Source of the DNA: Botryllus schlosseri
Taxonomy: Eukaryota
Reading direction: 5' to 3'
Length of the DNA: 64,000 nt
Assembly: GCA_051294905.1 (NCBI GenBank)
Contig: CM119371.1
Location: forward strand, 34,040,001-34,104,000
Shown here: piece after piece, positions 27,171 to 41,500 of the stretch
Numbering within the stretch: position 1 is the stretch's first letter
How the letters are laid out: each line of letters begins with the position of its first letter
Notes under the pieces: model-generated
The model's database searches: none
Told to the model about the DNA's origin: nothing
What the model saw: only the letters and a program-made list of their open reading frames with translations
Program-made: the position numbers and the translations under genes

Positions 27171-28410
27171 GCCCGCAAGTGTGAGCCTCCTAGCTTTTTC
27201 TCTGGAATAGCCGGCGGGGCAGAAAGCCACTCTTTACCCTTCATTGTTTTTCAAGCGTCTTAATATTTGCCCATCAAGTTTAGAATGTGTCCGTTACATC
27301 ATGCTTTCTGTAAATATTTCCCCTTGAAACCGCCACATTGAGTACACCCACACATTATTGTTGTGGTAATATCTAAGTTTACCTCGCCGCACTTGTGACA
27401 GTGACACCTCTTATAACATCTGTTTAACCCCAAACTATACGTTTTGAAGTCTTGTGGCAACGAAGTGATTATGACCCCAATCTTGAAAGCCCCTTCACGG
27501 TTCAGTTGAGATAATCGACGACTAATATATCATATTTAGCAAATCGATAGTTCCGAGTGTTTAGTTTAAGTGGGCAATTTTCGCGTCTCTCTCTCAAGAT
27601 GCAAACTTGTCAACGCTTATCTGGAAATACTTTGGCATCACATTGCCTGGTACTTCACTGACTAGATAGCCGTTCGAGATAACGAGACAATGCCGTCTGA
27701 AATTCTTGTCTTCGCTACAATATACCGTATGTTTACATGACTATACTTTTGAGATTGATCGATAAGAGGGCGGGCGCGAGACAGGCTACCATGTGTAGCA
27801 AATTAAGTGCTCGCGCCATGTAAAATGTGAAACGACATTGAGTCATAGAGCGAGTGAGAAATCGTAATATCGTGATCTGAGATGAGTTGTTTGTGGATCG
27901 GGCCTTTGTGATTATCCGACCGTCTTGACTTTTGGCTTTATAAATGCTCCTACATGCCATTATTATAATTTGTTTTCATATCATTTGAATAAGTTAAACA
28001 TAAGTGTAAGCTTGTTTGAGCCTGCGCCGACTTTAAAAGTACCAATACATCTCTGTGATTAGCGCAAGAGCTTGTCTACGTCTATATATGATCAGACTAC
28101 TCGTGCGATATAGAGTGACTATATTTGACTAAAGATTAAGTGAGACGGAGGATTTACCACTTTTTGGTAGAACTGATTTTACCTATAACACTGTGTAAAT
28201 TGTGGAAAAACATAATGTATTTGAAATCTTCCATTGCCTGCTGAGATTTGAAAAAATGGAGATGTTTTGTAGAAGCTTTGGAACTAAAATATCTGTCACT
28301 TGACTAGATCACTTCGCTACGTACTAAAGTTGTTCCCAGCGCTTCTATCCTTGAAAAAGGAACAATTCTAGTAAAATGACAATTACCGTATCCATGTAAT
28401 CATATTCATG

Positions 28411-29346
28411 TAGGGGAGATGTGGTACCGATGGATCACTGGGACCGAAAATACTTGAAAAATTCTCCATGATAATTCCATGATTACACTCCGTGAATTTG
28501 TCTACAGGTACATGCTGACAAGATCTTTCCTCACATGCCAAAAAAATCGACCTGCATGAGTTATGGGGTCTGTGACGAATGATTTACGTTTTAGGGGGTG
28601 TAAAGTAAATTTAGATCGACATCTGCATTTGTCTATATCACCTTTCAGAGTAACAAACCCGCCATAATTTTTGATGTGAAGTATAGGGCTTGTATCAGGG
28701 TATATAATGGCACATATTTTGTGAATCAATGCCATCCTCGAGTGGACTATTTTCAAGTCAATTACAATATTTATGGGGTGGGGGACCTATGGTACCATAG
28801 CCAAATCAAGCAAAATAGATGGACCAACTATAATCACTTAACAACAGAAACTCGCCTATATATATATAGGCTGTAAATCATAGTTACCGGTGGTGTTTTA
28901 TCGCTATAACGAGGTATTTGAGAGTCAAAATGTCGATTTGCGGGTAATGTGTATGTGGCATCAATTTTGTAAGTTAAGGCGTAAATCAAAACATGATTTT
29001 ATGCCACCATTTGAGTTGATATAATCTATTTTATTCTTGAAGGTCGCGACAAAACATTCTTCATTGGCTTGCAGTAGCTTAGCTTATAGTACACAACAAA
29101 ACAAGTTGATAAATTTGAGTTTTTGAGCGTATGTCCCATAGGTCCCATGCTCGTGTGCCTTTGGTCCCACCGGGTGGGGACCGATGACACGTTCGAGCAA
29201 CACATTTTAAACGTTTATAAATATTTTTTGAAAAGGCGGATATTCATGTAAATTGAGACAGCAAAATATCTGGTTTTCTAGGCTGAAGATTTGAGGGCCA
29301 GAGATCCTTTTGCAATTTTTGATCCATCGGTACCACATCTCCCCTA
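28411..29346. mobile_element. TIR element, probably TA-targeting (Tc1/pogo-like MITE)
   Basis: Perfect inverted ends TAGGGGAGATGTGGTACCGATGGATCA; internal GGGACC motifs. Confidence 0.75.
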
Positions 29347-30507
29347 CACTGTACAGCGTGCACTGTTCTATAATGACACAGAGTGCCCGAATAACATGTG
29401 TTTAGCCGATTTCTCCACGCAAAAATCGTGGTAGTTTGTTCGGAGCGGTACTTTCCGCGTGCCTGCATCCACTGACATCAATTCTATACTTAGGATGCTA
29501 AAATAATCAAATATACAGAATCTATCTTTTGATTCGGCGTTGATTGTATGGGATTGAAATACACGTCAATGTGAAGGGCGAAATATTGCAAACGGCAGTC
29601 GTGAATTCTAGATGAACTACAAAGACTCCGGTGAGTAATTTACCCATGCCCCGCATCTGCTAGCAAATCTTTGCCAATGACGTAACCATTTGATTAGCGC
29701 GTGACAATGGCAGCATTATCACACGCGACTGGTCATTACGCGCCTTGTGGACGTGCTTTTCCAGAAAACAGAAGCGGTTAGGGCCTAATTTACGACAAAA
29801 CAAATAATTAAGAGCATGGTATACAGTCGGTTCCCAACGTAATGAACGCTCAATGGAACTGGATTTGCTGAGAAAATTGAGATTCCTCTGCCATGTGAGT
29901 GAATTGCAAGAAAGGAAGCTGATGAGATACTTGTACCAAGTTGGAAAAATATGACTCAGAATTTGATAGTGATTTCTTAGAACAGTCTTCTTTGTTGGTG
30001 CGCTGTGTAGGAGAACGAGGTGTTCGGCAGCCTATACTTGTTTGTATTCAGATCTGAGACGCTAAGACTTGGCAGAGCGCGATCTACTTTCCCGATCTAG
30101 TTACTACCGAGTAGTATAGGCACCGGGTCTAGTCGAGTGTTCCGGTATCACTCATTATGACGCCGTAACAGTATTGAAGATGCAAGTTCAAATATGCCCC
30201 TTCTATGCCACCACAAACAAAACATTGCCAGTTTTACAGCCGTTCGACAGCCGTTACTGCGCTTTGTGCAAAATGTTGTGGGCTGATTAGGACTGCACTG
30301 AAGAAAAGTCATTTCCGATAACGCGTGTTGATTTGTACTATGTGTTTTTGACGTTGTTGTGGGAAGAACGTATCGAAACTATAATTCCTGTCGGAAATAT
30401 AACTTTTAGTGGAAATGGGAGTATAATTTGAGTGATAGAAACAATCTCTCTCACTATTCGACTGCGGTGAACCTTGATGATCCACGTGACAGGTCACACA
30501 AGAACGA

Positions 30508-30813
30508 CAGGGTTACCGACGAGGAACTCATGTTTTACACACTTTTTCCTTAAATTTAGTGGTGTTGAATAAATGAAGAGGTCGTCCCTTCCGATCGAAC
30601 CTCGAATTTCCCGTTTGAACGTCCGTCTTCGCTATTTATCGTCATTTATGCCCCCTTTCACTCAAATCTTTCCATTAATCCTAGCTGTAAGAGCTGTAAA
30701 GGATTGTAAACGAATTGCCAAAATGGAGGACATTTAGGCGTCCTCGTAGGACATTTTCAATAACCTAAAAATGGAGGACAAATCCTCCTAGAGGAGGACG
30801 TGTGGTAAACCTA
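30508..30813. mobile_element. Decayed hAT MITE (GAGGAC family)
   Basis: Ends CAGGGTTACC / GGTAAACCTA; similar to 32244-32565 and 58870-59184. Confidence 0.55.
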
Positions 30814-30924
30814 TTATATTACGAATATTGTTGTATTTATTATCCATGGTGTTTCAACTACTATGGTCATTTATACACCAGGCCTTATACGATAGCATTG
30901 TTGATATGTAGATTTATCGCGTGG

Positions 30925-31080
30925 CTTTCTAAGACGGCGGTTAGGCAGATCACACGGTTAGGAGCCTTGAGACACCTACAACACTTTAATAGGAATTCTG
31001 GAGTGTACCTCCGTTGGACTCGAATTCGGAGTCCGTTGGTGTTGCATTTATGGAACGGTACCGCTACGCTATGCCGCTTT
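30925..31080 (-). mobile_element. Degenerate tRNA-derived SINE head (family 2)
   Basis: Reverse-complement similarity to 35761-35940; A/B-box-like motifs. Confidence 0.5.
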
Positions 31081-32243
31081 AAGAAGAACGAAACTCTCCG
31101 CATGCTCGTAGAAGTGAAGCTCATCGTCGTGACTGTATCTTCCTTTCCACATGCGAGAAATGAGTAACGCCAGCATATATTAAGCATGGTGTCGTGAAGT
31201 ATAGTCTACGCACCGAGGTATTTCCGTCGTGTTATATAATTATATTGAATGTATTCGCCGCCACCTCCGACGTCGTGTTTTGGATACTGGTGCGCCTGTT
31301 TGTGCGCGTCTAGGTGCCGGAAAAGCCAAAATTGTAGGTAAGGAATGTTTTACAGGACCGAAGTGGTAATTTACAGTTGATACCGCTTCGGCCGCATGTA
31401 ATAAGCTTGGTAAAAGTGTTAATTACCATTGTTGACACGGTCGTTGTTTAAATGTTAAATTGATAGCTTGGCGAGGTTATTAGAGAGGTATTAGTCGCTT
31501 TTTCAGTGCCAGTGCTACACTGTCGGACATGTGCCGGGAACGAAAGGTAATATGGATCATTCTGCCGAAAAGTTTGGCTCGACGGAAACCGTTATAGACA
31601 ACTGGAACTATAGTTTGGCTCGCCACGAAATGTAATTGCGGTCGAAATTCCAGGTGGTTCGTGAAGCTGTGAGCTAAGCTATGCAACAGCAGATATTTAT
31701 ATATATAGGACGCAATGTTGATTGAAGGTTTTGGGGATATGGCATGACCTTGAATTCTATCCACGCGCGATTTTAAACTGCTCTCAAATTATAGTCGACA
31801 AGTTCGATTTTCCACGAGTATTCGAGAAGCCGAAGTCAGACTGTAAACGAGGATCTTGATTTTGTCGTAATGTTCGTGTTCGTGTATATGATTTCACGAT
31901 ACTTTCACTATTTACTCCGATAGATTTTTTTTTTTAGCCTACTTCCCTTTTTTTTCATTTTTCTTGAAGCAAAAATACCTAAATCTACTGGTAACGATTC
32001 TGAAATGCTGAGAATAGCATTTGGATAAGTGAGGGCCGGTGCTAATTTACTATGGAATTAAGTGATTCGCCACCATTTTTTAAATCTGCGTTGGTTACAT
32101 TTTGTACATGTCATTTCCTACTTCTGCTCGACCTATAATATCATTATGTCTTACAAATCACCGATTCTACTTCTGCTTGAGCGCAATTTTTCGACTAGAC
32201 TTTTATACCCCTACTTGGCTATGTAGCTTCAATTACTACTCAG

Positions 32244-32565
32244 TAGGGTTACCATATTTTGGTAATGTGAAAAGAGGACGCTTTTTCAAAATTTTCTGAC
32301 TTACAATTCAGGAGTAAAATCTCGAATAAATGGTAAATTTGTCCCGACTTTGTGGTTGGTTGACTATAAAAAAAGATCAACTTTCCGGCTCAGCTCCCGA
32401 AATAGCCGCCGAAGCGTTACTTCAGTGCTGATTTACTGTATCTCACTCGAATTTTTCCCTGTATTTCAACAATATTCTAAAAAAAAAGAGGACAAAATCT
32501 AGAAAAGAGGACATTTGGGCGTCCTCTGGGGGCACTTTCAAAAAAGAGGACCTATGGTAACCCTA
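32244..32565. mobile_element. hAT MITE (GAGGAC family)
   Basis: Ends TAGGGTTACCATA / TATGGTAACCCTA; TSD CTACTCAG. Confidence 0.88.
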
Positions 32566-35190
32566 CTACTCAGGCGACCTCAGTGTTTTGCCGTGGGGTA
32601 GAGATGCGCATCGTACCGTAACATCTATATCTGGAGACGCATGTGGAATATGACAGGCGGTCCGCACAGCAATGTCTGAAAATGAGTCACCTATGCCAAT
32701 TCTTATGGCTATATATCCCATGGGTGGTTCCATGTTCTGTTCTCGCGTACCATCTCAAGAACGCAGAATATGGGTAGATGTGGGATGTATCTCGATAAGA
32801 ATTGCTGCATTTGACTCGTTTTCAGCCACTAGAATTGGCGTGAAAGCACAATTCCGTACTAGAAAGCACCCAAAGCCTTAGGTCGTGGTTTAAGCATGGC
32901 AAATATACTTTAGAACATGGGCTTTCAACACGCGGCCCGCCGCCCGCAGCATCTTTCATCATAAAAACAAATACCACTGATCCGGTATTGTTACATATTA
33001 ATTCATCTACTTAGCTCTTTCATGGCACCAGCTCTGTTTTGTATATTCATGACTCCTTCTTTGATGTGTTTTGGTTTCTTGATATGCTCGAGTTGAAATT
33101 GTTATTGTTTTGATATGATCGGCATTCATCTGGACTCTGGTTTAAGGGAATCCCGCTTGATAGTACACTTTCAAAGAGTGCTACACTCACCACGACTGGC
33201 TTGAACTGATTGCGACAAGGTAAGGGGAATTAAACGACGAAAACAGGGTTTTCAACTCTGTCTCGAACATTGAATTTGCATTCGCAGAGATTTAAAGTTT
33301 AAAACGAAACCATGCACTGACAGTTCCATCTGAAGTTCAAAAATACATAGCCACCTTGTCCATCTGATCTTAGGAGAAAACGTTGCTAAAAATGAATAAA
33401 ACATTCGTATACGGCCGTCAAATACAGTGAATTCAATATATCCTACAAATACATGGTAATGTTCTGCGGCACGCAGGCTATTTTCTTTATAAAAATGCGG
33501 CCGGTTACACATCCGAAGTTGAGAACCCCCGCTTGTGAAGTCAGGTAAATACACTTATTTTCCACCCACGTATTAAAGTATGCGACCATTGTAAGAAATC
33601 GTTGCGAACTATGCACCAACCAGGCACATTCGTTTATGAAGTCGACACGCAAGCTCCAAATTGCATATGCAAGGCATTGGGCATCGTATATCTTTTGGCT
33701 TGAAAATGAGATTTCTATTTAAGTTCATTAACTAGCTGCGCGTACGAAGTTCATAACTGCGCCATTCTGCCTGTTCTCGCAATTTTATTCATATTTAAAT
33801 GGTGTCACATAAAAAAATGCGTTGAACCCAGGGGCGTAGTCGGAAATTATGTGAGGCCGGTTACGCAAACATTTCATATAGAATCCACAAAAGACATGCG
33901 TTGAAACTTCATTGTGATTTTACAATTTATTTGACATGTCCACAGTTGGCCTATTGGCAGACGTCCGAATAGACTTACGGCTTCTGTTGTTCTATCACCA
34001 TTGGGACTTCGCTGTTACCGAAAATTGAAGACTTGGACGTGAATTTACCTCCAAGTCTAGACGTGATAGCGACCCAATTATGGCCTTGAATTGACAGAGA
34101 CTATCGTCAGCGTTTTATACCTTGAAATTAACCGACATACATGGTGAATGTATAATGTACACTGTAAATCACGGCAGGCACGATCATAATAATTTGGATA
34201 CTAAATTCAATATATCGTCGGGGATTGCCAGGATTTCGTCACGTTGTCGCAATATCGCAATCAACTGCCTCATATTTCGATAACCCTGCTATACCAAAAG
34301 TTATCACAGAGATTAAATGACTTGAGTCATGATTCATGGTGGTAATTACTCAAGTGTAACCAGACTTGTACAATCTACTGGATTTTCACTATATGCAACT
34401 TGAACTAGAACTAGAACTACCCACTTGCAAAAATCGCCACTACTACAACTATACTCACAACATCCGTAGCAAGTTGACAGTCAACTAAGTAGATTGGTAG
34501 TTTATAGAAGTGACTTAGAATTGTTCCCTTTAGCCAGTAGACGGATGTAGCAGCATATTTTATGATTACTCCTTGAATTCATACTTTTCATCACAAATAA
34601 TCAATGATGACATATTAACAAAATATTTCAAGGTTTACATTTGGTCACGGGTATATCAACTTCCGGCCGCTGCCGTTATTCGATGATAATTTTTTACGAA
34701 AAGTTGTGAAGCGACACATTAACCAGTCAGGTTGGAATTTCACCCAAAATGTAATTTTATTACTGAGTGTTCTCCCTGGTAAAGTCAGGTAATGCGCCCT
34801 TTTACCTATATGATAAGACTGGTATCCGACAAGTTTATGACTTGAATATGTACTTCTTTCTTGACTTACGGGCAGTAACGCAATTCTTTGTGTTGACAAG
34901 GGCGCCTTTTTTCACACGCGAGCTTGGTCTCGACTCGGCTGAAATTCTCATAAGCATAGACTCGCTACCCAGTCGATCATTCGATGGTGGAGTGATTGAT
35001 AGCCAGACGCCAAAGCGACAACTTTGTAAATATTGTATCGACTCTATCTACAGGATTTAGAATATCGCTTTACGACGAAGGAGACTGTTTCCAAGCAGTG
35101 TGTACAAACTTCATCCGACGAAAGTATAATTGCGGAATACGGTGAACTTTACAGTATACCTCGAGACTATATCTGACTATACGCCGCAAA

Positions 35191-35520
35191 ATGTGTCTCA
35201 AACGCCGGCTAACTTCGTACCCATTGCCAATCACGAGACTTGGATACTGGGTGCTAGTAGCATTCGTATGCGTGGATTATATCGGTGTGGCGTCTGGCAC
35301 GAAGTGCGAGCCATTGATGGTAGAAAAATGCAGGGACATGCCTTGGACGCTGACGCATATGCCGAACTTGGTGCATCACTCTTCGCAGAAGAACGCGGCT
35401 TTAGTGCTGGACCAATTCACACCTCTGCTACAGCTTCCCGAAACTCATAATCTTCTATTTTACCTGTGTTCGATGTTTACGCCGATGTGCTTCCAACACG
35501 AGAACGAAGTGCCAAGAGTC
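35191..35520 (+). CDS. sFRP3/4: sFRP exon 1 (signal peptide + N-terminal half of CRD)
   Basis: aaaATG start; donor |gtaagt. Confidence 0.93.
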
Positions 35521-38500
35521 GTAAGTAGATGTAATGATTTTTTTCGAATTGGTCCAGGCACAATGATTGAAATTCTCCGAATCGAGTATTAGTTGTAATG
35601 ATCCGAGTTTAGTTATGACATATGCATTGACGAGTACTAAAATCAAACGCTTCTTTCCGATAAGAGTTTATTTATCAACGAGAATTATAGTTGTAATTCT
35701 ATTTTCCCACTGTAGCTAAATGCTCGGATGATCACACCGCAGCATACAAAACGTGTAATGGCGAGACAGCGTAGTGGTATAATCCACAACTACAACACCA
35801 GTGGGTTGTGGGTTCGAGTCCGACCGAGGTCGACTCCTGAATTCCTACTTGAGTGTTGGAGGTATATCTGGGCACCCGTGCAAGCGGTGTCTTACAAAAA
35901 GCCTAGACGTGGGCTGTGCTACAATTCGCCAGTTACGGAATCAAAAACAACGTATATCGGCCTGGTGTAATTGACCCTTGTGGTCGACAAACGCCATGAA
36001 TACCATAAACAACAAACAACGTGTAGTACAAATCTACGCTCGGTAGTGAAAATGACCTTTCTGTGCACTGCACAGTGTGCAGTGTGCACTGTGCAGTCAT
36101 GATCAATCCAGAGCAGTGCCACAGAGTGCGATGAAATAAGGGAGGTGGAAATAATACTAGATTGTCTTGAATGTGGTATAGAACTGCCACGTTTGTCCTT
36201 ATGGCCACGTACACGTAAAAGGTACATATTTGAACTTCCTGTGATTCATGCTCTTATGCCGTCATACTCAGTGATACTAGAACATTCGGCTCGTAGCTTA
36301 AAACTTGAATCAGAATAGAATCATTTTAAGGAACTCGATATTTACCAGCCCTTAACACGAATTATTCCTTCTTTCTCATTTGTCCTGACTAGCGTATAGT
36401 GGTTGTCACAGCTGATCAATGATATGCAGTATCGTTTGACTGAAGATTTATTCTAGATGTCATGATTGCCACACCATAGCCCTTTCGCTAGGCCTTGGAA
36501 TAGCCTACTGAATTTAGTTAAAGCTAAAATTTAGGTCGAAATAAATCCATTTGGACTCTATTTTGAGTAGCTACTGGCTATCAAAACAGATTCAAATTCT
36601 CGGTTGCAAAAGTGTATGCGCTATTTTGCGACTTCATAAAAAATCAATCCGTACCGGCAGGACAGTTCACGTATATACTCGTACGGTTTCACTCAAGCAA
36701 TCTGTTATTTAGTTACATTTAAACACGCAATTTCGTTTCAATACAACTTTACGTAAACTGGGTATTCACCAAAACACCTATAATGGGGAATTACCGAGTC
36801 GGCCTACCAGAAAATTTCCAGCCACCGCGAAACCCCATGTAGCCAAATTTCTAATTTATTACGCGTCTCTTTTCTCTCACGCCTATTTAAACGGAGTCAA
36901 ACTTCGACGCGGATATTATCCTGGGATAATCTCCGGGCGTTGGCAAAGGCGACAATCTCGCCCCTAGTTAGCGTAGTGATCGGTGACGTAATACCAATTA
37001 CAGCATTTCGCGGCGTATGTGCGCTTTCGAGAACCTGCGCCAGCTCCCAAAATCAACACGCTCGAATATACGGAGATAACGATGCAAATTATGAAGCTTG
37101 TGATCCGAAAATTACCGTGTACTGTTTATCCTCTACTTGTGGTTATTCCAGATCAAATATATTATCACTTATCAGATCTGGCCCTATCCGGTTTTCGTTA
37201 TGCGTTTTATATGTGTAGGACTACATTATGCGGTAAAGATGTGTTTGAATGCGCAGCATTATACTAATTCCAGTCTTATACCGCATGACGATGGTAGGCT
37301 ATATATCATGCTTAATATGCAGATGTTGAATGCTTGCAAATATACATGTACTGTACAAACAGCTATACGCTTGTAAACTATACACCCCGCCTATAGCGAA
37401 CTAGAGGGGTGCGGGTTGGCAGCACAGGATATGTCGATGCATCAAATGGTATTTCTGTTAGATGTGGTATTTGTCGGACTACACTTGACCGCAGGGCTTA
37501 TGCATAGAGGTTACATCAATATAGAGTTTGATTAGTAGATTGCGCATGTATTGTGAGAAAGGCGTTATTGCCGACTTGCATCGTACCGACTTCGGATACA
37601 TAGTGTAATGTGTATGTGCAATGTGCATAGATACAGCTGCGTTGGCCAAATGCTATATACTTTATCCGTTCCACTGTTTAATCATCATAGGTGCTGTCGG
37701 GGTTTTTAACAATACAGGACACAACAGCTTAATTGATGATGCGATTTCGCTGGCATTTGGGATATGATTTTTATCGTTTTCGGCCCCAAATATGGTCCTC
37801 AGCTAAGACTCTCTAGTTATTAGCATCAAACTTCGTGTGGTTATTAGAGTCCGAGTGGTCGACTGATCCTTCGGCAAATAATCTAATTACATGCGACGAA
37901 TAACATACACTTTCACATAAAAAGTAGGTGGGCTTTATGGGCATTTACGCCATTTGGGTTGAGTTTAAAAGCCTAATTTTGTGTCGGAAAGTACCGTGGT
38001 GTCGGAAAGTACCGTGGCCAAATACGAGCTTACACTAAGACCGATATGCGACAGAAACACACGTTTAACGTTGACAGTGATCTTTGTAACTGTGAAATGA
38101 CTCATGTTTTTTTTGCGAGGATCAAACTCATGTTAGTACGTTGTATCATTGCTAGCTCTGTCGGCTTATTGAAACAGAGAATGTTCCGTCACTTATAGTC
38201 GTCGCTCTCCTAATCCATGGTTCACACACGTCGCCAGGTGATTCCAACTGTCAATATGACAATTTCGAACGGTCTGTCTTCCCAACTTAGATTATAGTGT
38301 GGCATGTTTTAACAGGTTTCATGTTAGCCAAGAGAAAGGATGAAAGTATAAAAATTACGAATATATCTATATGATGACTTTGCAACTGAATGTTTTTGAC
38401 AAAATGTATTCATTAACGTGAAACATGCTTTTTACGCACATTGGATCCTGGTAACAAAAATTAGTAGCAGGCCTAAATAGTCCAATACTGAATTTTATTG

Positions 38501-41500
38501 ATTAGTCTAGCTATCGCTGTTATCAATTTAGATATCGCTTTGAACTGCCAGAAAATCAATTTACGCCCCCTGCCCGTTTCAACGCGGTGTAGTTATTTGG
38601 TGCGCCCCCTTCTGCATATAGAAAATTAGATTTATATATTTCCACTATGCCTGGGTAGCTAGTCAAGCCATAAGCAATTTTCCGTAAAAATATCAGCTGT
38701 CACCCATATGATAGTCGTGGTATGTATAAATTAGCCGAACACATACTTATCTATATATGATGCCGAATGAACGGAGTTAGTCGGGTTCAATTTGCTCTAA
38801 GCATCGTATCCATCCTCTCCGTTGCGCCGCAATTTAACATAATCTGAAAACAGTGAACCAATCATATTGCTATAACGGTTATCAAGACTTTTGTCAATGA
38901 ACATTGGTTTCCAGGTGCCTCCTTGCCGGTCCATCTGTCAGCAGGCCAGAAACCGCGTGGAGCCGATCATGCGCAAGTTCAACGTGTCGTGGCCGGAAGC
39001 ACTGGACTGTGACGACCTGCCCGAGTACCACAGGGGAATGTGCATCGAGCCGGACGCCTTCATCGCAAGACCTGGTGAGTCGGCGGCACAGATCGACTTT
39101 CTGTTGCTATATGGCTGCTTTATGTTGATTTTCGACTACAATTATCATTCTTACTCTGTCTATATTCTTAATATGGTAGCATGACTGGTAGTCTTACGCA
39201 GATCTCGTGGATTTGCTGCTATATGCTGGGTAGTGGGTATACTACATGTAGTGATGCATAGTACACAGAGAGTGGTATTCGAATTTTAGGTCCATGCTGA
39301 TTATCTCAACTTGGTAGTGCAGATACTTTTTAAGTCGGTTTTAGACAGGGTTGCCGCAAATGGCGCCGAACGAACTTAACATGGGAATGCGGAGTCTCCA
39401 ACTTTACCCCCAGTCTTAGAATTTGAAACTAGGTAGAAAGATTCTTGAAAAATCGGTGATGCGACTCTTAATTCGCGACAGCAAATCTGAAGCCGTCTGC
39501 ATATTGTCATCACGAAATACATTCATTAATTATAAAATTGAACCCGACAGATAACTGTTTTGTACCTCTATAAGGTTCATTGAAACCTTGTTGAATAACT
39601 TTGCGTTAACACATAGCTGGTAACGATTCGCTATGTTGTAATTAAATCAACGACTGGCTGAAAAAGTGACTTGCCCAGGTAATATATTACCCCAATGATA
39701 AACGCAGAAAATCACCCTAGCTCTCGTCGTAATGATCATAAACGGAAGCTAAGTCGTGGCAATCCATTCGCTACGCATAACGCGAGAGTTGAAATGCTCT
39801 CGCCAGTAGCATTCCTGGAATATTCTAGTAATTGATGCCATTAGGATTTAGGCCGCTTATTGGTTTGCCATTTTAAAGTTTGCACCGAAACGGTGTACAA
39901 GGAGGTATTCTGTCGTATGCGATTATCGCTTTAAATGGCGTTAAGGAGTATCCTCGATGTGGCTGTATTTCCATGTTCCTTCCATTTCATATATACATAA
40001 TCTAGCGTGTCGGATATCGTGTATAGAGCTTCAACTTGTAGCGATTTGTCATCAATATTAACTTATCTTGTTGATCGTACGGTATTTTGCAACGAAACGG
40101 ATGGGTTTTCCCTCAGCGTTTCGTTAATAGTTAGTACCGCTATATGCCTAACACGCTGTGAAGGTAAACCGTGAACACGCAACAACGGTCCGAGCACTTT
40201 ATGGCATAATAGCAGTCATAAAATCCATAAAAATATCACACGGTCAGAGGCGTGTGGCGTTTTGTTCGAGTCTTATAAGTATTTACCGAATGCCATAAAA
40301 TGCATTTTTGTCTTGTATGCGAGACCCTAAGACTCAGAAAAAGAGGTTCAATTCATCATCTTAACGACAGGGCTTAGGACGGATTAACGCGCGACGCTTT
40401 CCTTAGGAATACTGACACTTTTCAATCACCCCAAACCTGCTGTAATGGCGCGCGTGTCCATTCTCATTCACGCCGTGTGGATCGGTAAATATTATTGATG
40501 AAAACATATCCATTTCATGCGGCATCTCGCTAAAAGCTCAGTAGCGCCGAACCTATTAACAATACTACAATTTTGGCAGCACATACTTCAAAAGATAAAT
40601 TGGAACTATCCAATATCTTTCCCATTTGAGTTTTTCTTTCGTAAGATAATGGTGAAAGTAATACTATTACATTATACTCACGTAGCCTACAAGCATAAGG
40701 CGTGATGTCAAAGCTCGTCGAGATTACCTCCTGCGGATGTACTATGATTTCAAAGATATACTTCCGTTTATATACGGACCTAAAAAAGGTAGTGCGCGAT
40801 CTCCACCAACCATAGAGAAAATTGAGAATTGTAAGATGCGATTTCACGCAAGGGCTACATGGGTGCTACGTAGCTGTTGTCAACCAAAACAAATTTTGCG
40901 TATTCCGCGAATGGATGCTACTACAAAGTAAACATTGGCCTCTGTGCCAGTCAAAATATTTCAAGTAATGTGGTTTTTGGCAATGGCAAACTCTGCATTA
41001 GTAGTCACAAAACTATAATTGCCCGAGTCGAAGCTATAAATGAAGGTTCTTCCTTAGGTGCATAGTGCGATGCTGTTAAATGTTATATAGCCTACGTTAT
41101 GCATCTGGTCGGGGTGAGGTTAAATATAGTTGGCACTGTTACTGTAGTGCACGTATTGGCATAAACGCTCACACAACAATAGGTAACATTGTACATATTG
41201 ACAAGGTAGATCGAAGATGTCACGATTTCATAAAAAAAAAGTAGTCGGATATAAAAGTAGTCGCTAACAGAAGCTTTGGAAACTGGTTTCACGCAGTACA
41301 CCTCAGAATTTCTTCAACTCATATTTGTAAAATTCGGAAATGCTTCTCTTCTCCTTCTCAATACTCGACCTCCTTTGGATAGAGTTAGAATTATGAATTA
41401 CCAATTGGGATAAACCATAGGATACTCAGTTCGGGGTAAAGCATTTTCTTACTGCCTTACTGGACATAGGACACCTCTAAAACAAACATCCTGCAGAAAT

